Source: Candidatus Dormiibacterota bacterium (GTDB lineage: Bacteria; Chloroflexota; Dormibacteria; CF-121). Taken from it: DNA of 64,000 nucleotides. The stretch's first letter is position 1. Each line of letters opens with the position of its first letter. This document shows, one piece after another, positions 56,792 through 64,000 of this stretch. The stretch spans positions 69,835-133,834 of the forward strand of contig DATEHI010000152.1 in NCBI GenBank assembly GCA_035279665.1. The letters run 5' to 3'. The notes below the pieces were generated by a model. It made no database searches and was not told the origin of the DNA. It was given only the letters and a program-made list of their open reading frames with translations. A program made the position numbers and the translations under genes.

Positions 56792-56817
56792 GGGGTCGCG
56801 TCCGCTGACGCGGCCCC
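56792..56817 (+). terminator. candidate terminator hairpin
   Basis: GGGGTCGCGTC-CGCT-GACGCGGCCCC, an 11-bp stem with one G.U pair, followed by TTCC. Confidence 0.5.
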
Positions 56818-56864
56818 TTCCAGGCCGACGCGAATCACCGCTGAGCGGTAACCTGACAACCTGT

Positions 56865-57782
56865 ATGAGGCTCTGCACCTACTCCATCGACTCGGGGGCG
56901 CCGCGCCTCGGGGCCGAGTGCAGAGGCGCGGTGCTGGATCTCGCCCGCTACTCGCACCTCCACGATGGTCTCCGGCTGCCGGCCGACATGCTGGGACTGA
57001 TCGACGCCGGTCCGGACGCGTGGCGGCATGCCCGTGAGCTGTGCACGCGCTTTACGGCCGAGCTCTCCACGCACGACCTGGCGCAGGACGCCGAGGCCGG
57101 GCTGGCCTACGCTGCCGACCGCGTCCAGCGCCACGCGCCGATCGTCCGGCCGCGGAAGGACGTCTTGTGCCTTGGCCAAAACTATGCGGCCCACGCCGCC
57201 GAGTCGGGAAACCCACCTCCGACGTCGCCGATCTATTTCACCAAGCCGCCGACCACCGTCATCGGCCCAGGCGAGGCCGTTCCGTTCCCGCACGGGCTGA
57301 CCACACGGCTGGACTGGGAGGTTGAGCTCGGCGTCGTCATCGGACTGGGTGGTCTTGACATCCCTGAGGCCCGCGCGCTGGATTACGTCTTTGGCTACAC
57401 CGTTTTCAACGACGTCTCGGCGCGCGACCTCCAGTACCGGACATCCCAGTGGTTCAAGGGCAAGTCCCTCGACGGCAGCTGCCCGATGGGGCCCGTGATC
57501 GTCACGGCTGACGAGATTCCCGATCCGCAACACTTACGCCTTCGACTATCGGTCAATGGGGTCGCCAAGCAAGACAGCAACACCGGCGACATGATCTTCT
57601 CCGTGGCGCGGATCATCGCGGATCTGTCGGCAGGGATGACGCTCGAACCCGGAGACTGCATCTCGACCGGGACCCCGCAGGGTGTGGGCGACGGCCGTAA
57701 ACCACCTGAATACCTCAAGCCGGGCGACGTGATGGAGGCTGAGGTCCAGCGGGTCGGCCTGTTGAGGAATCCGGTTCGCTAA
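56865..57782 (+). CDS. fumarylacetoacetate hydrolase (FAH) family protein
   Basis: IYFTKPPTTVIGPGEAV, DWEVELGVVIG, FNDVSARDLQ...QWFKGKSLDG. Confidence 0.9.
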   Translation: MRLCTYSIDSGAPRLGAECRGAVLDLARYSHLHDGLRLPADMLGLIDAGPDAWRHARELCTRFTAELSTHDLAQDAEAGLAYAADRVQRHAPIVRPRKDVLCLGQNYAAHAAESGNPPPTSPIYFTKPPTTVIGPGEAVPFPHGLTTRLDWEVELGVVIGLGGLDIPEARALDYVFGYTVFNDVSARDLQYRTSQWFKGKSLDGSCPMGPVIVTADEIPDPQHLRLRLSVNGVAKQDSNTGDMIFSVARIIADLSAGMTLEPGDCISTGTPQGVGDGRKPPEYLKPGDVMEAEVQRVGLLRNPVR

Positions 57783-58546
57783 GGCTGGAGGTTCCAGTGT
57801 TCCAGCCTGTCGATCGCGGGGTAGGCGGTCAGATCGTATTGCACCGGCGTGATCGACACGTACCCCTCATTCACCATCTTGGCGTCGGCGTGCTCCTCTA
57901 GTTCCTGGAGCTTGAAGGTGCCGTCCAGCCAGTAGTACGTCTGGTTGCGGGGATCGGTGCGTTTCTCGAACCGCTCCTCAACGCGTGAGTCGCCCTGCCG
58001 GGTGATCGCGACGCCCTTGATCTTGGCCTCGGGAATGTTCGGCACATTCACATTCAAGAGGGTCTTGTCGGGCAATCCTTTGGCGATCACGGTGAGCGCG
58101 AGCTTGCGGGTGAAGCGGGCCGCGTAGGCGAAGTCGGGGTGGGTGAAGGTGGCGAGCGACACCGCGATCGACGGGATTCCGAGAATGCGCGCCTCGGTCG
58201 CGGCACTGACGGTGCCCGAGTAGATGACGTTGGTACCGGTGTTGGCGCCAAGGTTGATGCCGGAGACCACCAGGTCCGGCGGCCGTGGCAGGATCGCCTT
58301 GACCGCGATCTTCACGCAATCGGCCGGCATGCCGTTGACCGCGTAGCCGAAGCGCACATTGCGCCGGACGACCTCCTTGGCGCGAAGCGGAAGCAGCAGC
58401 GTGATCGCGTGCCCAACGGCGCTGCGCTCGGCGTCCGGGGCAACCACCTCGACGTCGCCGATCTTGCGGAGCTCCTGCCATGCTGCCAGGATTCCCGCGG
58501 CATAGATGCCGTCGTCATTGGTGAGCAGGATCAGCGGTTTCGCCAC
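57779..58546 (-). CDS. surE: 5'/3'-nucleotidase SurE
   Basis: ILLTNDDGIYAAGI and GINLGANTG motifs. Confidence 0.9.
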   Translation of the reverse strand: MAKPLILLTNDDGIYAAGILAAWQELRKIGDVEVVAPDAERSAVGHAITLLLPLRAKEVVRRNVRFGYAVNGMPADCVKIAVKAILPRPPDLVVSGINLGANTGTNVIYSGTVSAATEARILGIPSIAVSLATFTHPDFAYAARFTRKLALTVIAKGLPDKTLLNVNVPNIPEAKIKGVAITRQGDSRVEERFEKRTDPRNQTYYWLDGTFKLQELEEHADAKMVNEGYVSITPVQYDLTAYPAIDRLEHWNLQP

Positions 58547-58599
58547 GATTTCGCCATCAATGATGCGCCTTTCACCCGCCTATACTGGACGCGGCGACG

Positions 58600-58944
58600 A
58601 TGGAAGACCCCATCCTGGAGTTCCTGCGGTCCCAGGCGCGGAATTATCGCTGCCGGGTGTGCGGCAGCAACCATAAAGGGTCGCAACTCCGCAAGATCGG
58701 CAACCACAACAACAAGCTGATCGTGCAGGTGACCTGCGGCCGCTGCCGTGACTCGTTCTTCCTCCACGTCGAGTTCGCGGGGTCGATCGTCAATGCCGTC
58801 GAAGAAGTCACCCGCGTAGCCGCCCCCTCACCACGTGACGCCGACGAGATCGACGGCGACCCGCTGACCCACGACGAAGTGCTCGACGCCCACCAGCGCC
58901 TGGCGGCGTTCCAGGGCAAGCTGACCGAGCTGCTGGAAGATTAG
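58600..58944 (+). CDS. small zinc-ribbon protein (hypothetical)
   Basis: CRVCG...x22...CGRC four-Cys ribbon with an acidic helical C-terminus. Confidence 0.5.
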   Translation: MEDPILEFLRSQARNYRCRVCGSNHKGSQLRKIGNHNNKLIVQVTCGRCRDSFFLHVEFAGSIVNAVEEVTRVAAPSPRDADEIDGDPLTHDEVLDAHQRLAAFQGKLTELLED

Positions 58945-59429
58945 GCGAGACTGCGGTAGCCGCTTCGGTAGTAGATCAGGGGCGCCGTGTCGCGCACGAT
59001 CTTCAAGGCAACCACGCGGCCGACGATGATCGTGTGATCGCCCGCGTCGAACGTTCGGTCCACGGTTGCCTCGAGGTAGCCGGTCGCCTCGTCCAGGATG
59101 GGCGAACCCGTTTCGCCCAGCGCATAGGTGCCTTCCCTGAACTCCGGCCCGTTGAGCCGGGCGTTGTCCGCGAAGAAGCGGGCAGTGCCCTCGCCGTGCT
59201 CGTCAAGGATGTTGATGGCGAAGGTGCGGCTCTGCGCCACGAGCTGATGCATCACGGTCGATCGCTCGACGGACACCAGGATCAGCAGCGGGTCCAGCGA
59301 CTGTGAGGCGAAGGCGCTGACCGTCATGCCGTGCATCCGGCCGGCGGCGGTCGTGGTCATGATCGTGACGCCGCTGGCGAAGTGGCCCATGGCGTGCCGA
59401 AAGGACGCCTTGTCCAGCGACTGGGTCAC
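58941..59429 (-). CDS. flavin reductase family protein (HpaC-like FMN-binding split barrel)
   Basis: FRHAMGHFASGVTIMTT...MTVSAFAS... Confidence 0.85.
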   Translation of the reverse strand: MTQSLDKASFRHAMGHFASGVTIMTTTAAGRMHGMTVSAFASQSLDPLLILVSVERSTVMHQLVAQSRTFAINILDEHGEGTARFFADNARLNGPEFREGTYALGETGSPILDEATGYLEATVDRTFDAGDHTIIVGRVVALKIVRDTAPLIYYRSGYRSLA

Positions 59430-59475
59430 GCCGATACGTTACGGGAACGTTCGCCGGCACGAGCCCCCGCTCGTC

Positions 59476-59508
59476 TATAATTCGAGATGTCCGACTACTC
59501 CAGTCGGA
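59476..59508 (+). promoter_or_regulatory. perfect -10 box TATAAT plus 7-5-7 palindrome (candidate Rrf2 operator) at the suf operon head
   Basis: TATAAT at 59476-59481. TCCGACT-ACTCC-AGTCGGA at 59490-59508. ATG at 59487 lies 5 nt after the -10 box. Confidence 0.45.
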
Positions 59509-59939
59509 GATCCATGAGATTTTCTACCCGGTCCGAATACGGTATCCGCGTGATGGTGCGCCTGGGGCGCGGCTATGGCCACGGGCCCATCTCGCTGGCG
59601 GAGCTCGCCGAACTGGAGGGTCTGCCGCCCTCCTACCTGGAGCAGATCGCCGGCCAGCTTCGCCGCGCCGGACTCGTGACCAGCCGGATGGGCGTCAAGG
59701 GCGGCTATGCGCTTTCCCGCCGACCCGCCACGATCTCGATGGCGGATATCGTTCGCAATCTCGAGGGATCGCTCGCCCCGGTGAGCTGCCTGGCGGAGGG
59801 TGGTGGGCCCGGTGAGTGTACGCATGCCGATACGCCCTGCTCGGCGCATGCTTTCTGGGAGCGGCTGCAGGGAACGATCACCTCGACCCTGGAGTCCGTC
59901 ACCGTGGCCGACCTGATGAAGGAGGCCCAGCCGGCATGA
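59487..59939 (+). CDS. Rrf2-family transcriptional regulator with Cys ligands (IscR/SufR-like role)
   Basis: MRFSTRSEYGIRVMVRL..., wHTH, three Cys (VSCLAEGGGPGECTHADTPC). Alternative start at Met 59514. Confidence 0.85.
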   Translation: MSDYSSRRSMRFSTRSEYGIRVMVRLGRGYGHGPISLAELAELEGLPPSYLEQIAGQLRRAGLVTSRMGVKGGYALSRRPATISMADIVRNLEGSLAPVSCLAEGGGPGECTHADTPCSAHAFWERLQGTITSTLESVTVADLMKEAQPA

Positions 59940-61171
59940 TCGAGGCCCGCGCGCTCAACGTCGAGAAAGTTCGCGAGGACTTTCCAATCCTTACCCGCCG
60001 GATCCACGGCAAGCCCCTGGTCTACCTGGACAGTGCGGCCACCTCGCAGAAACCGGCTGCAGTAATCGACGCGATGGGTGACTACTACCGTCGCTACAAC
60101 GCCAATCCGCATCGGGGCGTCTACACCATCAGTGAGGAGGCGACGGCGGCCTACGAGTCGGCGCGGCAACGGGTGGCGACCTTCATCAATGCCGCCTCTC
60201 CCAAGGAAGTGATCTTCACCCGCAACACGACGGAGGCGATCAATCTCGTCCGTTACAGCTGGGGCCGCGCGAATGTTCGCGCCGGCGACCGGATCCTGCT
60301 CACCGAGATGGAGCACCACAGCAACCTCGTCCCCTGGCAGCTCCTCGCCAGGGAGGTTGGGGCCACGCTCGAGTTCCTGTGCATCGACGATCACGGCTTG
60401 CTCCAGCTCGAGGACCTGGAGCGCAAGCTCGAGGGAGTCCGGCTGCTGGCGATCACCCACCAATCCAACACGCTGGGGACGATCAATCCGATCAAGGCGA
60501 TCGTCGAGGCGGCCCGCCGGGCCGGCGCGCTGGTCCTGATCGATGGCGCCCAGGCGGTGCCTCACATGGCGGTCGATGTCCGGGACCTGGGCGTGGACTT
60601 CTATGCCTTCAGCGGCCACAAGATGTGCGGGCCGACCGGGATCGGCGTGCTCTGGGCCCGCCGGGCGCTGCTCGAGGCCATGCCCCCCTTCCTCGGCGGT
60701 GGCGACATGATCAAGCGGGTCAGCCTCAAGGAGGCCAGCTGGAACGACCTGCCCTGGAAATTCGAGGCTGGCACCCCAAGCGTTGCCGAGGGCATCGGTC
60801 TGGGGGCGGCCGTCGATTACCTCAGCGGGTTCGGGATGGACGCCGTGCGTGCCCACGAGCGAACCCTCATCGATTACGCGATGGAACGGCTGCAGGATAT
60901 CCCTGGGATCACGCTTTACGGGCCGCGCGATCCCGAGCTGCATGGTGGCGCCGTCTCCTTCACGCTGCCCAACATCCACCCCCACGACCTGGCGACGCTG
61001 GTCGACCGGGAAGGGATCGCAGTTCGCGCCGGTCACCACTGCACCCAGCCGCTGATGGACCGGCTTGGGGTGCCCGCCACCACGCGCGCCAGCTTCTACA
61101 TCTATAACCGCGCCGACGAGGTCGACCAGCTGGTCGACGGAATTCAGAAGGCGCAAAAGGTGTTCGCCTAA
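59936..61171 (+). CDS. sufS: cysteine desulfurase SufS
   Basis: ATGA overlap. FPILTRRIHGKPLVYLDSAATSQKP, FSGHKMCGPTGIG (PLP Lys), RAGHHCTQP. Confidence 0.95.
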   Translation: MIEARALNVEKVREDFPILTRRIHGKPLVYLDSAATSQKPAAVIDAMGDYYRRYNANPHRGVYTISEEATAAYESARQRVATFINAASPKEVIFTRNTTEAINLVRYSWGRANVRAGDRILLTEMEHHSNLVPWQLLAREVGATLEFLCIDDHGLLQLEDLERKLEGVRLLAITHQSNTLGTINPIKAIVEAARRAGALVLIDGAQAVPHMAVDVRDLGVDFYAFSGHKMCGPTGIGVLWARRALLEAMPPFLGGGDMIKRVSLKEASWNDLPWKFEAGTPSVAEGIGLGAAVDYLSGFGMDAVRAHERTLIDYAMERLQDIPGITLYGPRDPELHGGAVSFTLPNIHPHDLATLVDREGIAVRAGHHCTQPLMDRLGVPATTRASFYIYNRADEVDQLVDGIQKAQKVFA

Positions 61172-61174
61172 AGA

Positions 61175-61558
61175 ATGGACGATCTCTACCGGGAGCAGAT
61201 CCTCGAGCACTACAAGAACCCGCATCACTTCGGGGAGATCAAGGACGCCGACATCACCCAGGAGGGCGACAACCCGCTCTGCGGCGACGTCATCACCCTC
61301 TACCTGAAGCTGGACGACGGCCTGGTGGGGGATGTGCGATTTCGCGGCCGGGGTTGCGCGATCAGCCAGGCGTCGGCGTCGATGCTCACCGACATGATCG
61401 TTGGCAAGCCGGTCCAGGAGCTCAAGGCCTTCCCCACGAGGGATCTCCTTGACGAGCTGGGCATCCCAATCAGCCCAGCCCGGATGAAGTGCGCCACGCT
61501 CTCCGTCAACACCCTCCGGGTCGCGCTCAACGGCGATTCGCACGAGGAGGAGGACTGA
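61175..61558 (+). CDS. sufU: SUF system zinc-dependent sulfurtransferase SufU
   Basis: YREQILEHYKNPHHFG, NPLCGD, GRGCAIS, KCATL. Confidence 0.9.
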   Translation: MDDLYREQILEHYKNPHHFGEIKDADITQEGDNPLCGDVITLYLKLDDGLVGDVRFRGRGCAISQASASMLTDMIVGKPVQELKAFPTRDLLDELGIPISPARMKCATLSVNTLRVALNGDSHEEED

Positions 61559-61601
61559 ATTGGCTTTGAATACGGAATCCACGGGTAAACTGACGACTGC
61601 G

Positions 61602-62393
61602 ATGGCTGATTTCGAGATCAAGGACCTTCGGGTCAGCGTCGAGGGTCGCGAGATTCTCAAAGGCGTGTCGCTCTCGGTCGACAAGGGTGAGGTGCACGCC
61701 GTGATGGGCCCGAACGGCTCGGGGAAGAGCACGCTATCGCACACCCTGATGGGGCACCCGAACTACAAAGTCATCAGCGGCGAGGTGCTGTTCAAAGGCA
61801 AGAACATCCTGACGCTGCAGCCCGAGGAACGGGCAAAGCTCGGCATGTTCCTCGCCCTGCAGTACCCGGTGGTCGTCCCCGGGATCACGATGTCCAACTT
61901 CCTGCGGACCGCGATCAATGCGAAGCGCGGTTACGATGGCAAGGACAAATCCAAGGCGATCAATGTCAAGGAGTTTCGGGCGCTGCTCAAGGACGAGATG
62001 TCCGTGCTGCGCATGGACGACTCCTTCCTCGCTCGCTACGTCAATGAGGGATTTTCGGGCGGCGAGAAGAAGCGCGCCGAGATCCTGCAGATGGCGGTGC
62101 TGAAGCCGGAGATCGCGATCCTCGATGAGACCGACTCCGGACTCGATATCGACTCCATCAAGTTCGTGAGCGACGCTGTCAACCGGATGCGCGGTCCCGA
62201 GCTGGGCGTGCTGATCATCACCCACTACACTCGCGTTCTCAAGTTCATCAAGCCGGACTACGTCCACGTGCTCGTGAATGGTGAATTCGTCCGCTCCGGC
62301 GGCCCGGAGCTCGCCGACTGGTTGGAGGCTAAAGGCTATTCGGAGTGGGTCAAGGAGCCGGCCAAGGCGCCTGCGACCCTGGAGGCAAAGTAA
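61602..62393 (+). CDS. sufC: Fe-S cluster assembly ATPase SufC
   Basis: [28 protein letters not shown] opens at TTG 61560; Met at 61602 is the likely start. Confidence 0.9.
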   Translation: MADFEIKDLRVSVEGREILKGVSLSVDKGEVHAVMGPNGSGKSTLSHTLMGHPNYKVISGEVLFKGKNILTLQPEERAKLGMFLALQYPVVVPGITMSNFLRTAINAKRGYDGKDKSKAINVKEFRALLKDEMSVLRMDDSFLARYVNEGFSGGEKKRAEILQMAVLKPEIAILDETDSGLDIDSIKFVSDAVNRMRGPELGVLIITHYTRVLKFIKPDYVHVLVNGEFVRSGGPELADWLEAKGYSEWVKEPAKAPATLEAK

Positions 62394-63805
62394 TGGCAAC
62401 CGTCATCCCGCGGATCGATGTCGGTGACAACTACAAGGAAAAGTACGGCTTCTTCGATCCGGAGAAGTTCGTCTTCAAGGCCAAGCGCGGCCTGAGCCCG
62501 GAGGTCGTCAAAGAGATCTCCTGGATGAAGAACGAACCTGAGTGGATGACCACCTTCCGGCTGCGCGCGCTCAAGATCTGGGACAAGAAGGAAATGCCCA
62601 CCTGGGGCGCCGACCTATCGATGATCGACTTCCAGAACATCTACTACTACCTGAAGTCGACCGAGAAACAGGGCAAGACCTGGGACGACGTGCCGGCCGA
62701 CATCAAGAACACCTTCGACCGCCTCGGGGTACCCCAGGCCGAGCGCAAGTTCCTCGCCGGCGTGGCGGCGCAGTACGAGTCGGAAGTCGTCTACCACTCG
62801 CTCCACAAAGAGCTCGAGGCGAAAGGCGTCATCTTCACCGACACCGACAGCGCGCTGCGGGACCATCCCGACCTCTTCAAGCAGTACTTCGGGACGATCA
62901 TCCCGCCTGGTGACAACAAGATGGCCGCGCTGAACAGCGCCGTCTGGTCCGGCGGATCGTTCATCTATGTCCCCAAGGGCGTCAAGGTCGAAATCCCGCT
63001 GCAGGCCTACTTCCGGATCAACGCCGAAAACATGGGCCAGTTCGAGCGGACCCTGATCATCTGCGACGAGGACAGCTTCGTCCACTACATCGAAGGATGC
63101 ACCGCGCCCATCTACACCACCGACTCGCTGCATTCGGCCGTGGTCGAGATCATCGTCAAGCGCGGGGCCCGCTGCCGCTACACCACCGTCCAGAATTGGT
63201 CGACCAACGTCTACAACCTGGTCACCAAGCGCGCGGTCGCCTACGGCGACGCGACCATGGAATGGGTCGACGGCAACCTGGGCTCGCAGATCACGATGAA
63301 GTACCCCTCCATCTACCTCATGGAACCGGGCGCGAAGGGCGATGTTCTGAGCGTCGCGTTCGCCGGCAAGGGCCAGCACCAGGATGCCGGTGGCAAGGCC
63401 GTCCACGTGGCGCCCAACACGAGCTCGAACATCGTCTCGAAGTCGATCTCGAAGAACGGCGGCCGGACGTCCTATCGCGGGCTCGTGAAGGTCTACCCCG
63501 GCGCGAAGAATTCGAAGTCGTTCGTTCGTTGCGACGCGCTGCTGCTCGACGAGGAGTCGCGCTCGGATACCTATCCGACGACCGAGGTCGACGAGCCCCA
63601 GGTCCGGATCGGCCACGAGGCAACCGTCAGCAAGGTCTCTGACGAGCAGCTCTTCTACCTGCAGAGCCGAGGGATCACCAAAGCCGAAGCGGAGACGATG
63701 ATCGTCAACGGCTTCATCGAGCCGTTCACCAAGGAACTCCCCATCGAGTATGCCGTCGAGCTGAACCGCCTGATCCAGCTCGAGATGATCGGCTCGGTCG
63801 GTTAG
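62393..63805 (+). CDS. sufB: Fe-S cluster assembly scaffold SufB
   Basis: TAATG overlap. YKEKYGF..., [35 protein letters not shown]. Confidence 0.95.
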   Translation: MATVIPRIDVGDNYKEKYGFFDPEKFVFKAKRGLSPEVVKEISWMKNEPEWMTTFRLRALKIWDKKEMPTWGADLSMIDFQNIYYYLKSTEKQGKTWDDVPADIKNTFDRLGVPQAERKFLAGVAAQYESEVVYHSLHKELEAKGVIFTDTDSALRDHPDLFKQYFGTIIPPGDNKMAALNSAVWSGGSFIYVPKGVKVEIPLQAYFRINAENMGQFERTLIICDEDSFVHYIEGCTAPIYTTDSLHSAVVEIIVKRGARCRYTTVQNWSTNVYNLVTKRAVAYGDATMEWVDGNLGSQITMKYPSIYLMEPGAKGDVLSVAFAGKGQHQDAGGKAVHVAPNTSSNIVSKSISKNGGRTSYRGLVKVYPGAKNSKSFVRCDALLLDEESRSDTYPTTEVDEPQVRIGHEATVSKVSDEQLFYLQSRGITKAEAETMIVNGFIEPFTKELPIEYAVELNRLIQLEMIGSVG

Positions 63806-64000
63806 TGGCCTTTTCGAAGATTGCGGTTGAAGAGCTCAGCGCTCTTCACGGTGAACCAGACTGGCTGCGCGCCCGCCGGCTGCATTCCTTCGGGATCTAC
63901 GAGGGGCTGGCGGTGCCGGACACCAAGCGCCAGGAGGATTGGCGGCAGGTCGACCTGAAGGGTCTCGACCTGGACGCCTACGCGCCGTTCCAGCAGCCGA
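63805..64000 (+). CDS. sufD: Fe-S cluster assembly protein SufD (5' part; runs off window)
   Basis: GTG at 63805 (TAGTG overlap). [26 protein letters not shown]... Assigned by position after sufB and by N-terminal similarity to SufD. Confidence 0.7.
   Translation, partial: MAFSKIAVEELSALHGEPDWLRARRLHSFGIYEGLAVPDTKRQEDWRQVDLKGLDLDAYAPFQQP

Noticed and set aside
1-64000. Search for rRNA, tmRNA, RNase P, CRISPR arrays, prophage or recognisable defence systems (RM, CBASS, TA pairs).
   Set aside because: None could be recognised by eye in any intergenic region or ORF translation. The only RNA gene supported is tRNA-Gly.

Overview
Gene-dense, visibly G+C-rich bacterial chromosomal segment. Gene content suggests a high-GC Actinomycetota- or Chloroflexota-like lineage, but taxonomy is not provable from the sequence alone. 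I call about 60 protein genes, one tRNA-Gly(CCC), no rRNA and no CRISPR array. Many adjacent genes are translationally coupled by ATGA, GTGA or TAATG overlaps.

Modules, left to right:
- oppDF ATPases.
- An MFS, amidohydrolase, galT and nucleotidyltransferase-PMM-like array.
- A tRNA-Gly followed by a ~2.5 kb decayed islet.
- A 13 kb phosphate supercluster: ppk1, CYTH-CHAD, Nudix, SixA, pit and its DUF47 partner, soluble PhoR, pstSCAB, phoU and a PhoB-type regulator. It carries recurring 11-bp-phased (G/C)TTAAYC heptamers.
- A cupredoxin, a LOG protein and a NarL-type two-component pair.
- A catalytically degenerate IS256-like transposase relic.
- An HD-GYP sensor with a Pro/Thr-repeat partner.
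- A MacAB-type efflux operon next to an mprA-mprB-pepD-like envelope-stress module.
- Nramp, folE and DUF72.
- A Ku gene paired with a ligase-like gene that lacks the adenylation lysine.
- A 4-hydroxybenzoyl-CoA-reductase-like molybdoenzyme, in small/large/FAD subunit order, with a four-Cys insertion in the FAD subunit.
- Two large secreted BNR-propeller proteins.
- FAH, surE, a flavin reductase and an Rrf2-sufSUCBD operon that is truncated at the window end.

Start codons are best guesses made by eye. The ORF track renders GTG and TTG starts as M. All family assignments come from motif recognition, not from searches. The most unusual items are the Ku plus pseudo-ligase pair, the tRNA-flanked islet with an orphan immunity-like gene, the phased Pho-box-like motif family and the degenerate transposase.
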